Positions 48,518 to 58,800 of a stretch of DNA of 64,000 nt are shown here, in pieces (positions within the stretch are counted from its first letter, which is position 1; each line of letters starts with the position of its first letter). Below the pieces are notes generated by a model. That model was not told the DNA's origin and ran no database searches. It saw only the letters and a program-made list of their open reading frames with translations. The position numbers were made by a program, and so were the translations under genes. This DNA comes from Pirellulales bacterium (GTDB lineage: Bacteria; Planctomycetota; Planctomycetia; Pirellulales; JAICIG01), in NCBI GenBank assembly GCA_040901675.1, contig JBBDYJ010000029.1, forward strand, positions 1 through 64,000, given 5' to 3'.

Positions 48518-48994
48518 ATGACCAAGGCCACTACAGAGCTATGCTTCTGCTTCGCGTGCGGCGGAGAGCGGGAATTGCGTCGCGAGCGTCGGACCGTGGA
48601 ATACCAGTTGCGCGGCGAAACGGTCCAGGTTGTTCTGCCGGTAATGGCTTGCACGACTTGTGGTACCGAGGAGGTGGACCCGGCTTTTACCGGAGACCCC
48701 GTGCGGATGGCTTATGATCTTTATCGTCAAAGGCACGGTTTGCTTGATCCCGATCGGATCAAGTCGATTCGCGAACAATACAGGCTCAGCCAGAAGTCAT
48801 TTGCCGCTCTGCTGGGAATGAGTGAAGCGACAGTTAACCGATACGAGGGGGGCGCGCTTCAGGAAGCAACGCACGACAACTTGATCCGCGCTTGCGAAAC
48901 CCCCGAATTTGTAAGGGAGCTTCTCTCCCGCCGTGGCGGCCACTTGTCCGATTGGCAGCGAAAGCGCGTCGAGAAAGTCCTTGCGACCGCATAG
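48518..48994 (+). CDS. MqsA-family antitoxin/regulator (Zn finger + XRE HTH), no adjacent toxin
   Basis: CFAC...CTTCG and IKSIREQYRLSQKSFAALLGMSEATVNRYE.G. Confidence 0.88.
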   Translation: MTKATTELCFCFACGGERELRRERRTVEYQLRGETVQVVLPVMACTTCGTEEVDPAFTGDPVRMAYDLYRQRHGLLDPDRIKSIREQYRLSQKSFAALLGMSEATVNRYEGGALQEATHDNLIRACETPEFVRELLSRRGGHLSDWQRKRVEKVLATA

Positions 48995-49018
48995 TTCAAG
49001 AAAGGTTTCCAGCCTGCG

Positions 49019-49094
49019 ACTGCTTGGCTGCCGGCGTGTCCGGTCCGCTGAAAGGCAGACGAAGAATCGCCAGCCTGGCGTCCAGCAGTGGCAC
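49019..49094. repeat. Degenerate copy of the ACTGCTT/CAGCAGTGGCAC element with enlarged interior
   Basis: actgcttgg ... tccagcagtggcac between convergent genes. Confidence 0.55.
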
Positions 49095-49107
49095 AGCTCC
49101 TCTTAGC

Positions 49108-49893
49108 CTAGCCGTACCGCTTCAGCCAGCGGTCGAGCAGGCGAGGCGCGAGGCGGTTCAAGTAGACGAGCAGCTTGCCGCGCGGATTGGGGATGATCTC
49201 GTTGAGCCCGCGGCGCATGGCGCGGACCGTGGCCCGGGCGACGCGCGAGGCGGGGATGCCGGGCTGCTCGGGCCAGGGCATCCCGCCCTGCTTGTCGATC
49301 AGGTTCTCGGAAAAGTCGCTTTGCGTCGTGCCCGGACTGACCAGCAACAGGCCGATACCGTGACGAGCCAACTCGGCCCGCAGCGACTCGCTCAAACCCC
49401 GCACGGCGAACTTGCTGGCGCAGTACTCGCTGGTCCGCGGGATGCCGCGATGGCCCAGGATCGACCCCACGTTGACCACCAGCGGCTGGCTCCCCTCTTT
49501 CAACAGCGGCAGGGCAGCGCGCGTCATCTCGGCCAGGGCAAAAAAATTCACCTCCATGATCCGCCGCAGACGCTCCGGGTCGGCATCCTCGAAGCGGCCC
49601 CAGGCGCCGATGCCCGCATTGTTGACTAGCACGTCGAGACCGCCAAAGTGCGACAGGGCGGCCTCCAGCGCCAACCGGCGGTCGTCCGGCTGGGTGACGT
49701 CGCCGGGGGCCACAACCACCTGGCTGCCGGCGGCCTTCAGCTCGCGGGCCAGGTCTTCAAGCTTGTCGCGGCGGCGCGCGTTGAGAATCAGCCGGGCCCC
49801 GTTTTGGGCCAGCTCCACCGCCAGGGCCCGTCCGATGCCGCTGGAGGCACCCGTGACGAGACAGCGGCTCTGGCGGATCGAGCGACGGCTCAC
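49108..49893 (-). CDS. Short-chain dehydrogenase/reductase
   Basis: TGASSGIG, NNAG, S and YCASK. Confidence 0.94.
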   Translation of the reverse strand: MSRRSIRQSRCLVTGASSGIGRALAVELAQNGARLILNARRRDKLEDLARELKAAGSQVVVAPGDVTQPDDRRLALEAALSHFGGLDVLVNNAGIGAWGRFEDADPERLRRIMEVNFFALAEMTRAALPLLKEGSQPLVVNVGSILGHRGIPRTSEYCASKFAVRGLSESLRAELARHGIGLLLVSPGTTQSDFSENLIDKQGGMPWPEQPGIPASRVARATVRAMRRGLNEIIPNPRGKLLVYLNRLAPRLLDRWLKRYG

Positions 49894-51287
49894 GCCACTT
49901 CTTCAACTCCGGCCGGCGCCGGTCCGATCGTGTCGCGCCCCGCAATCGAGCCGTTGCCGCCAAACCCATCCCCGTCACTCGGCAGGCCGTGCCAGACCTG
50001 GCCGTTCGTGCGATGCGGGCGGACCGAAGTTCCGTCGGCGTCGACCTGCCGCAGGTGCTTCTGCGGCAGCCGGCAGTGGACCACCACCCGCGAGTCGGTG
50101 AACTGCCTCGACAGCACTTCGCCATGCGCCGACAGGTAGGCCAGCAACCGCCCGTTGGAGACGTCGGTCTCGACGTCGACGTCCAGGAAGTTGCGGCTGA
50201 GGGCATCGCTGACGGCGCCGGCCAACTGCGCCAGGCCGTGCCCGCGGCGAGCGCTGACGGCGATCGCGTTGGGATAGCGGTTGAGCAACCCATCCAGCCG
50301 GGCCCGGTCGGCCAACGCGTCGGCCTTGTTCAGGACCAGCAAGGTGTCCTTGGCCTGGATGCCCAACTCCTCGAAAACCTTGTACACCGAGGCAATCTGC
50401 TCGTACACGGCCGGGCTGCTGGCGTCGGCCACGTGCAACAACAGGTCGGCCTGCCGCGTTTCCTCCAGCGTGGCCTTGAAGCTGGCGATCAGATGGTGGG
50501 GCAGATCGCGGATGAAGCCGACCGTGTCGCTCAACAGCACCGGTCCCCAGCCGGGCAACTGCCAGCGGCGAGTCCGCGTGTCGAGCGTGGCGAACAGCTT
50601 GTCCTGCGCCAGCACGTCGGCCCCGGTGAGCGTGTTCAAGAGCGTGCTCTTGCCGGCGTTGGTGTAGCCGACCAGCGAAACGGTCATGCGGTCGCCGCGG
50701 GCGGCCACCTGCCGCTCCTTGCGCCGCTCGATTGCGGACAGCTCGGTCTGCAGGTCGTGGATCCGCTTTTCGACCAGGCGGCGGTCGACTTCCAACTGCT
50801 TTTCGCCCGGCCCGCGCATGCCGATGCCCATCTTCAAGCGCGAGAGGTGGGTCCACATCCGTTTGAGCCGCGGCAATGAGTACTGGAGCTGGGCCAGTTC
50901 GACTGCCAGGCGGGCTTCGTGCGTCTGCGCGCGGCTGGCAAAGATGTCGAGGATCAGCTCGCTGCGGTCGAGCACCTTGAGGTTGGTGGCCCGCTCCAGG
51001 TTGCGGGTCTGGGCGGGCGTGAGGTCGTTGTCGAAGATGATGACGTCCGCGTCCGAGGCCTCGCCCAGCACGCGCAGTTCATCGACTTTACCCTTGCCCA
51101 GATACGTGGTCTTGTCCGGCACCAGCCGCCGTTGAGTCAGGTGGCCAACCACCCTGGCGCCGGCCGTGGTGGCCAGCCCTTCCAGTTCGTCAAGCGGGTC
51201 GCCTGGATACCGGTCGTCCGGAAGCACGACACCGACGAGCACTGCAGCCTCGCTCACGACACTGTCGGCGCGGTTCGTTTCAGTCAC
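49890..51287 (-). CDS. hflX: Ribosome-splitting GTPase HflX
   Basis: GKGK, LILDIFA.RA, GPGE.QLE.DRR, GYTNAGKS, DTVG and NKAD. GTG start follows CAGGAGG. Confidence 0.96.
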   Translation of the reverse strand: MTETNRADSVVSEAAVLVGVVLPDDRYPGDPLDELEGLATTAGARVVGHLTQRRLVPDKTTYLGKGKVDELRVLGEASDADVIIFDNDLTPAQTRNLERATNLKVLDRSELILDIFASRAQTHEARLAVELAQLQYSLPRLKRMWTHLSRLKMGIGMRGPGEKQLEVDRRLVEKRIHDLQTELSAIERRKERQVAARGDRMTVSLVGYTNAGKSTLLNTLTGADVLAQDKLFATLDTRTRRWQLPGWGPVLLSDTVGFIRDLPHHLIASFKATLEETRQADLLLHVADASSPAVYEQIASVYKVFEELGIQAKDTLLVLNKADALADRARLDGLLNRYPNAIAVSARRGHGLAQLAGAVSDALSRNFLDVDVETDVSNGRLLAYLSAHGEVLSRQFTDSRVVVHCRLPQKHLRQVDADGTSVRPHRTNGQVWHGLPSDGDGFGGNGSIAGRDTIGPAPAGVEEVA

Positions 51288-51541
51288 GGGGGTTGGGGTC
51301 CTCCTGTTTCTCTTGGAGAGTAAAACAACAGCTTGCCGGGGCGGCGATCCTGCCGGCCGCCATGGCAAGTATATGCCGAGCCGGCAAGCAAGTCAGCCAG
51401 GATTGCCTGCCACGGCCCCCCAGTGCCCCGTGGGGCTGTACCGGCAGGCAGGACATTCGATAATACCACGACACCCGAACCGGATTTTTGTTCGCCCCGC
51501 GGCTGCAAGCACGGAAATTCGGAAACCGGAAATCCATAACC

Positions 51542-52663
51542 TCAGTCGTCTCCCTCGTAAAGGTGCCGGTAGCTTTCGTAGCGGCGGGCATCGAGCCAGC
51601 CGTCGGCCACGGCGTCCTTGACCGCGCAGCCTGCTTCGTGGGTATGCGTGCAGTCCGGAAAATCGCAGCGGCTGACCAGCGGCCGCAAGTCGCGAAAGCA
51701 GCCGGCGATTTCCTGCGGAATCACGTCCCAGAGCTGGAACTGGCGGATCCCCGGCGTGTCGACCACGTAGCCCCCACCCTCCAGGGGCAAGAGCCGGGCG
51801 GTCGTGGTCGTGTGGCGCCCCTTTTGCGAGTCGGCGCTGACCTCGGCCACCGCCAACCCCAGACCAGGTTGCACCGCATTGAGCAGCGACGACTTGCCCA
51901 CGCCGCTTTGGCCGGTGATCACGCTTTGCCTGGCGGCCATCGCACGGCGCAGCCGCGGCACCCCCTGTTCCGTCCGCGCGCTGACCAGCAGGACCTGGTA
52001 ACCCATCTGGCTATAGACGCCGACCAGGGCCGCCAGCGACGCGGCATCGACCAGGTCGACCTTGTTGATGACGATGCAGGCCTGCAGCCCTCCTTGCTCG
52101 GCGCTGACCAAAAAGCGATCGATCAGGTTGGGTTTCAGGTACGGTTCGGCGGCGCTGGCCACGATGACCAACTGGTCGACGTTGGCCACCAGCACGTGCT
52201 GCCGGCCGCGGGTGGCCCGGCTCAGGATGCCATGGCGGGGCTCGATCCGCTCGATAACGCCCTCCTGCCCCTGGGCCGGGCGAAACAGCACCCGGTCGCC
52301 CGCCGCCACCACGTGCCGCTGGTCGGTGGCGAGCGTCTTGAGCAGCCGGCGGGTGGCACACTGGTAGATGGCGCCGTCTTCGGCTTCGACGCTGCTCACC
52401 AGGCCGTGGATGCTGAGCACGCGGCCCTTCAGGCAGGCGCTCTCGTCGACCTCCAGCAGCACTCCGCCGCCTGCCTGCTGGCCGGCGGCCACGCCCCTCA
52501 CGGTCCGCTTGCGGGTCAGATCGCCCTTGCCGCTGATCCGCTCGTCCTTGGGGGTGTCGTCGGGCTCGGCCTGCTGGAACTTCTTGGTCCAGTCGTCCCT
52601 TCGCGTGCGGGCACCGCGGTTCTTGCGGAATTCGGTCCGGTGTTTTTTTGGGGGCTTCGCCAA
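51542..52663 (-). CDS. rsgA: Small ribosomal subunit biogenesis GTPase RsgA
   Basis: Circularly permuted NKVD...GQSGVGKS...GRHTT...DTPG, with zinc site C.F.DC.H.HE.GC. Confidence 0.95.
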   Translation of the reverse strand: MAKPPKKHRTEFRKNRGARTRRDDWTKKFQQAEPDDTPKDERISGKGDLTRKRTVRGVAAGQQAGGGVLLEVDESACLKGRVLSIHGLVSSVEAEDGAIYQCATRRLLKTLATDQRHVVAAGDRVLFRPAQGQEGVIERIEPRHGILSRATRGRQHVLVANVDQLVIVASAAEPYLKPNLIDRFLVSAEQGGLQACIVINKVDLVDAASLAALVGVYSQMGYQVLLVSARTEQGVPRLRRAMAARQSVITGQSGVGKSSLLNAVQPGLGLAVAEVSADSQKGRHTTTTARLLPLEGGGYVVDTPGIRQFQLWDVIPQEIAGCFRDLRPLVSRCDFPDCTHTHEAGCAVKDAVADGWLDARRYESYRHLYEGDD

Positions 52664-52696
52664 GCGCTCTTCTTTTGGGGTTCGCCGAGCGGGCCG

Positions 52697-53164
52697 CTAG
52701 ACCGGTTTATTCGGGTTCTTGATCTGGCCCGCCTCGTCATTCATCACATCGTAACGCTTCTTGGGGCCCAGGCCGCGGTCCATTCCGTCTTTGGCCAGGC
52801 CGGCGCGTTCCAAAAGCGACTTGCTGAAGACCTCGGCGATACCGCCGTCGCCTGGGGGTGGACCGACAGCGCCCAGGTCGGCCGGAGAGTACTTGATCTG
52901 ATAGCGGTGCTTGGCGATCGCCAGGCTGTCGCCCGGATCGAGCCGCTTCTCGGTCACGCGCATGTTATTGACCTTGACGCCGTTGCGGCTGCCCACGTCG
53001 CGCACGTACCAGTAGCCGCTCATCAGCGTCAACTGGCAGTGATGGGCCGAGACATTGGGGAATCGCAGGACGATGTCGCAGCTTTCGCGGCGTCCCACGA
53101 GCAAACTTTCTTTCAGGAGGGGAATCGTGTCGCCCCCACCCACCGGGATGAGCTCGCCGTACAT
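52697..53164 (-). CDS. FHA domain protein
   Basis: VGR, VSAHH and SRNG. Confidence 0.9.
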   Translation of the reverse strand: MYGELIPVGGGDTIPLLKESLLVGRRESCDIVLRFPNVSAHHCQLTLMSGYWYVRDVGSRNGVKVNNMRVTEKRLDPGDSLAIAKHRYQIKYSPADLGAVGPPPGDGGIAEVFSKSLLERAGLAKDGMDRGLGPKKRYDVMNDEAGQIKNPNKPV

Positions 53165-53309
53165 GTGCTCGATCTCTTGTTCCAGGCGCCGCGGGGTCCT
53201 AAGATCCGCGGTAAGGATTTTCGATAAATATATAACAGTCAGCTTCTGAGTCTAGATTCGCTCGCCGCCGGCGTCAAACAAACAAAACATCCTCGCTGGC
53301 CTCGGACCA

Positions 53310-54287
53310 ATGCAAAAATCGCAAATTCCTTCTTGGCGCGCGGCCGGGCTCAGGTTTTTTGCCTACGGCTTCTACCTCCGCGGCCGCTTCGGGTGTCGTG
53401 TGCAAAAAGTGAGCCTTGACGCCGGTTTCACCTGCCCGAACGTGGACGGCACCGTCGCGGTCGGGGGGTGCGTGTTCTGCGACAACCGAAGCTTCAGCCC
53501 CAGCCGGCGCCTGCCCCGCACGACCATCGCGGGCCAACTCGACGAGGGCATCCGCCGGCTGAGGCGCCGATACCGCGTCGACCGCTTCCTGGCCTATTTC
53601 CAGCCGGCCACCAACACGTATGCCCCCCTTGAGCGGTTGCGGGGGTTGTACCAGCAGGCGCTGGCCCATCCGCGGGTGGTCGGGCTGGCCGTCGGCACGC
53701 GCCCCGATTGCGTGCCCGACGGCGTGCTCGACCTGCTCGCCGAGCTGGCCGAACAAACCTACCTGTCCGTCGAGTACGGCATGCAGAGCATGCACGACCG
53801 ATCGCTCGAATGGATGAATCGCGGGCACAGGCACGAGGCCTTCGTCGATGCCGTCGAGCGCAGCCGGGGCCGTGGCTTTGAGATCTGCGCCCACGTGATC
53901 CTGGGCGTGCCGGGCGAATCGCACGGCGACATGCTGGCCACCGCCAACGAGCTGGCCCGCCTGGGGGTTCACTCAGTCAAGCTGCACAACCTGTATGCCG
54001 TCCGCAACACGCCGCTGGCCGAGTGGGTCCGCTGCGGCCAGGTCCGCTTGATGTCACGCGAAGACTACGTCCGGACCGTGGTCGATTTCCTCGAGCTTTT
54101 GCCGCCCCAGTGCCTGGTCGAGCGGATCGGCGGCGATGCGCCGCCCGACTACCTGGTCGGCCCAAGCTGGTGCCTCGACAAGCACGGTCTTCGATCGGCC
54201 CTGGACGCCGAGTTTTGCCGCCGCGACACGTGGCAGGGACGAACCTACCAGGCGCCCGCTGCGTCTAAACTGGTAGAGGCCTGCTAA
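53310..54287 (+). CDS. TIGR01212 family radical SAM protein (YhcC/YtqA-like)
   Basis: CPNVDG....GCVFC (Cx11CxxC), YFQ.ATNTY, GTRPDC and VKLH.L. Confidence 0.93.
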   Translation: MQKSQIPSWRAAGLRFFAYGFYLRGRFGCRVQKVSLDAGFTCPNVDGTVAVGGCVFCDNRSFSPSRRLPRTTIAGQLDEGIRRLRRRYRVDRFLAYFQPATNTYAPLERLRGLYQQALAHPRVVGLAVGTRPDCVPDGVLDLLAELAEQTYLSVEYGMQSMHDRSLEWMNRGHRHEAFVDAVERSRGRGFEICAHVILGVPGESHGDMLATANELARLGVHSVKLHNLYAVRNTPLAEWVRCGQVRLMSREDYVRTVVDFLELLPPQCLVERIGGDAPPDYLVGPSWCLDKHGLRSALDAEFCRRDTWQGRTYQAPAASKLVEAC

Positions 54288-54327
54288 AACCGTGCGCCGA
54301 CCGCTCTGCGACGATAGAATTGACAGA

Positions 54328-54804
54328 GCAAGCTCGCAGCGGGCCGGGTGGCTGCCGGCGGAGCAAAGCGTGGCGCGCCGGCTTCGTGCCGGCGCGGAAG
54401 CGCACTCCGCGGGAGGAAAGTCCGGGCTCCACAGGACAGGGCGGTGGGTAACGCCCACCGGCCGCAAGGCCAGGGAAAGTGCAACAGAAAGCAAACCGCC
54501 TCGCGGGCCAGGTCCGCGCGGTAAGGGTGAAACGGTGAGGTAAGAGCTCACCAGCAGGCTGGGTGACCGGCCTGGCTAGGCAAACCCCGCCCGGAGCAAG
54601 GCCAAACAGGAAGCAAGCCAGCCGGCTGGCGGAAAATCCCGCCCGCCGGCCGGTGCGGATCGGTCCGGTCCGCTACCGACTTCCGGGTAGGCCGCTCGAG
54701 GGGCCGAGCAATCGGCCTCCTAGAGAAATGGCCATCCACTGCCTCAGCCTGATTCTGGCTGCGGTGGAGACAGAACCCGGCTTACAGGCCCGCTGCGAAC
54801 TTGC
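54328..54804 (+). ncRNA. rnpB: RNase P RNA, bacterial class A
   Basis: GAGGAAAGTCCGGGCTCC, AGTGCAACAGAAAG, GGGTGAAACGG, GGCAAACCCC and ACAGAACCCGGCTTA. The ends pair as P1. TAGAAT lies at 54315-54320. Confidence 0.97.
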
Positions 54805-54901
54805 TTTGTATGAGATAGGACGGGCCTCCATGCCCGTCGCAACGGCTTGGAGAAAGCCGTCGTCCCTGTCCGTGCGGCCGACGTTGAGGGCGCGCTCGGG
54901 T

Positions 54902-55300
54902 TTATTCGGTCGGGTTGGCCGTCGCGGCGACCGGGATCAACTCGCCATCGACCATCTGGAGCAACTTCGAGATGCAGAGTTTGTTCATGCTGGTGCGGTG
55001 GTTGCTGGCCTCGCACTTGAGCGAATCGTGCAGGCTCTTGGGCAGCCGGATGGTGATCACGCGGGTGGGCTCGGTTGGCTCGGGCAGCGGGGCGCTCTTG
55101 GCGCGCAGCCTGGCCAGCATCTGCTGAATCTCCGAGTATTGGCTGGTCTGCTCGAACGTGGCCAAGGCGGCCGCGTCGGTAAAGGTCCGCCGAACCAGTC
55201 CGCCGACGCCAAAGATCTCCCGGTAAAAGGTGACCCAATCCACATTCTGGTGGAACAGGCCCGTCGCCACTCGGTGAATCTGTTGCTCCTTGGAGCTCAT
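54902..55300 (-). CDS. Conserved hypothetical protein with C-terminal ribbon-helix-helix (HicB-like) domain
   Basis: DWVTFYREIFG and RVITIRLPKSLHDSLK.EA...TSMNKLC. AAGGAG RBS. Confidence 0.8.
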   Translation of the reverse strand: MSSKEQQIHRVATGLFHQNVDWVTFYREIFGVGGLVRRTFTDAAALATFEQTSQYSEIQQMLARLRAKSAPLPEPTEPTRVITIRLPKSLHDSLKCEASNHRTSMNKLCISKLLQMVDGELIPVAATANPTE

Positions 55301-55442
55301 CTGTCTGGTTCTCCTTACGGTTTGAATGGTGAATTCCATTTCCAGCGGCCGCGCTGGCCGCACTTGCCAGAATCTTGGCCGGCCGGTCAAGCTTGGGACC
55401 GATAGCATTACGCTGCTAGCACTTAGGACGATAGCAGCCGTT

Positions 55443-55506
55443 TGCACTTTTTTTGTGCATGGCTGCCCTGGCCGGGGCACCGCCCGGCCTGCTCAAAAAG
55501 TGTGCA
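55443..55506. promoter_or_regulatory. Two TGCAC-N7-GTGCA-like palindromic sites
   Basis: TGCAC-TTTTTTT-GTGCA (55443-55459) and TGCTC-AAAAAGT-GTGCA (55490-55506) in a divergent intergenic region. Confidence 0.55.
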
Positions 55507-55690
55507 AGAGCCCCGTTTCCAATTCGCCAAAGTGTCCAGTGCAGCCGTGGCCACCGAGGCGCTGGCGCCGATTACCGGATAGGCGTGGGGAGGTGCGCGA
55601 GGAAAAATCGGGCGCGTGCGCGCCGGGGCGGCCGTTTTGGGATGGCTGGTCCGGCTGCGCAAACTTAACAGGCGTGGGACGTTAAATATG

Positions 55691-55719
55691 TTGACCGAGC
55701 ATTACTCAGCAAATACCAT
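55691..55719 (+). promoter_or_regulatory. sigma70 promoter of the Ser/Thr kinase
   Basis: TTGACC-N17-TACCAT. Confidence 0.65.
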
Positions 55720-55871
55720 GGGGTGGAGCCATGGAAGAGCCATAGGCAAATCTTCAGGACGTTCGTCCTCGGCGGAAAACTAGGTACGGTACAAATCCCG
55801 CGGGAGGCGGGAGGGCTGCGGTCGAAGAGAGGGTTCCTCTCCTCTTTGGGAGCGAAGCGCCGAAGTGTCCG

Positions 55872-58800
55872 ATGAGTAACGCCGGTTCGAGTCATCAGCC
55901 GCTGGAATTGACTCCGCTGATCCAACGATCGCGCGGCGCTCCCGCGCCGGTCGATGGTGGCTGCGACCCCGACGAGCGGACCGTGATCTCCCAGCGTCCC
56001 CCATCCCCGGCGGCCAGCCCCGCGCGGCAGACGGCCCCCGTGGAACTGGGCAAGCTGCTGGCCGGCGAGCGGCTGAACCACTTCGAGCTGCGCGAGTTCG
56101 TCGGCGGCGGGGGCATGGGCGCGGTCTTCCGCGCCGTCGATACCATGCTCAATCGCGAGGTGGCCCTGAAGGTCCTCTCGCGGGACCAGGGAGCCGACGA
56201 AGAAACCCGCCGCCGCTTCCAGAACGAGGCCCAGTCGGCCGCCCGGCTCGATCACGAGAATATTGCCCGCGTGTATTACGTGGGCGAGGACCGGGGCCTG
56301 AACTACATCGTTTTCGAGTTCATCGAGGGGGTCAATCTGCGCGAGTTGGTCGTCGAGCGCAAGGGGCCGCTGCCCCTGGCCGAGGCGATCAGCTATACGT
56401 TGCAGGTTGCCGAGGCCCTGGCCCACGCCAGCAGCCGCGACGTGGTCCACCGCGATATCAAGCCCTCCAACGTGATCATTACCGCCGAGGGACGGGCCAA
56501 GCTGGTCGACATGGGACTGGCCCGGCTGCACCAGGTCAATCCGGATGCGGAGGAGCTGACTGCCAGCGGCGTCACGCTGGGAACGTTCGACTACATTTCG
56601 CCCGAACAAGCTCGTGACCCGCGCAGCGCCGACGTCCGCAGCGACATCTATTCCTTGGGCTGCACGTTGTATTACATGCTCACGGCGCGGCCTCCCTTTC
56701 CGGAAGGCACAGTGCTGCAGAAACTGCTGCAGCACAACAGCGACGAGCCTCCTGATCCCAGGGAGTTCAGTCCCGCCTTGCCCGAAGAGGTTTCCGCCCT
56801 GGTCCGCAAGATGCTGGCCAAGGACCCGCGGCGCCGTTTCCAGAATGCCAGCGAGTTGATTGCCGAGATGCTGCTGTTGGCCGAGCAACTGGGCTGCCCG
56901 ACGCCCGCCGCGCGTGGATTGGTGTTGCTGGCCAACGGTCCGGCGGCGGTCTCGACCTGGGAGCGGCACGTCCCCTGGGTGATCCCGGTGGTGGCTCTCT
57001 TGTGCATCGTGCTCGTCATGGATCGGGCCTGGCCGTCGCTCGAAGGCGAGCCGGCACGGCCGAGCTTTGCCCGCGGCGGCCCGGCGCCGTCGACTCAGCC
57101 GGCGGAGGACCCGCGGCCGCGGTCGCTTCAGCGGCGGGGAGCAGCGGGCGGTGCCGGCGCGAACCCGGCGACGCAAGCCGACTTCAATGCTCGAGGAGCC
57201 GAACCAGGTCGGTCCGCTCAGCCGTCCGGCGTACCGGGCAGCGGGGCCGGCGTTTCACAGTCCAATTCCGGCGCCGACGACGGCAGTGACAGCGCGAGCC
57301 GGATCATCCCCGAGCCGGGTTCCCACCTGGTGGATCCCGGTGGCTCCAACCATGATTCGATCGAAAGCCGTCGGGCAGCCAGCGGCGGCGCGGCGCGGGT
57401 CGCGAGCGATCCCGTCGATGCCATCGGCCGCGCGTCGGCCGCGGGTGCGCTGGGCGCCTCGTCGCAATCGCCTTCCGTCGCGCCGGCCGGCGATGCGGCC
57501 GGTCGGGCATCGAGCGATACGCCGGCCGATCCCTCGAATGTCCGCACCGGCGGCACCGCGCGGCCGGGCACGACCTCCACTCCGACCGGCGACCTCTCGC
57601 AGCGCCCCGCGGCGGCCCAGGCGCCCGACCAGGCGGCTTCGGCGTCGCAAGCAGCGGCTACGGCCGCGCCGGGGCCGGCCGACGACGTGCAGCCTGGCGT
57701 GCTCTACGTGAGCGAGACGGTGCGTGGGCCCCAGCATTTTGCCACGCTGCGGGAAGCGTGTGCCAAAGCCCGCAAGAACGAGGTCATCGAGCTGCAGTAC
57801 AGCGGCCGCCGACTGTCCGACCCGATTGCGCTGGCCAACCAGAAGCTGACGATTCGGGCGGTGGAACCGTTCCGGCCGGTGATCGTGTTCCGTCCCAGCG
57901 AGCCCGATCCGATCACCTCGCCGCGAAGCATGATCACGGTGGCCGGCGGCAGCTTGAAGCTGGTCAACGTCTCGGTCGAGTTGGAGGTGCCCCGCGACCT
58001 GCCGGCCGATAACTGGTCGCTGTTCGAAACGCAGCTCGCCGATTCGATTTCGCTGGAGAAGTGCGTGCTCACCGTCCGCAACGCCTCCGACCAGCGAGGC
58101 GCATATCATCAGGGAGTCGCTTTTTTCCGGGTCAAGTCGGCCCCGGGCGTCGACTCGATGATGGCCTCCAAGGGAATGATGCCGCTGGAGGCGGTCGAGA
58201 TCCGCCTGGACGATTGCATCGCCCGTGGCGAAGCGACCTTCCTGCGGGCCGGCGATTTGCAGCCCTTCCGGCTTTCGTGGGACAACGGCCTGTTGGCCAT
58301 CAGCGAGCGCTTGCTCTCGACCGAGGGGGCGGTTTCGTCGGCCGCGGGCGGCGGCGGCCAGGGCCGCGTCGAGCTCAAGCACTTGACGGCCGTGCTGGGC
58401 AAGGGGCTCTGCCGCCTGAGCAACACGGCCGACGCGCCGGCCCAACTGGATATTGAGATCGCTTGCGCCGACAGCATCCTGGTGGCGGCGGCCGACGCGT
58501 CTCTGGTGGAACAACTGGGCGTGAGCAGCCTGGCCGGCTTCCAGCAGCGCTTTCGCTGGAACGGCGAATGGAATCTCTACCAGGGATTCAGCACGTTCTG
58601 GAGGATCCAGACCGACACATCCCGACCGCCGCTGGAGTGGTCGTTCGGCCCATGGCGCGACTTCTGGAAGGAGGCCCGCGAGGTCCGGCCCAGCCTGTCG
58701 CAGGTGGTATGGGCCCGCTACCCCAAAGCCGACCGCCCGATGCACACGCACACGGCGGCCGACTACGCCCTGGACCAGCAGGCGATCGGCAACCCGGCCC

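Noticed and set aside
54054..55405. ORFs overlapping rnpB (54054-54551, 54292-54543, 54548-54739, 54563-55405)
   Set aside because: The region is explained by RNase P RNA and the minus-strand RHH gene.
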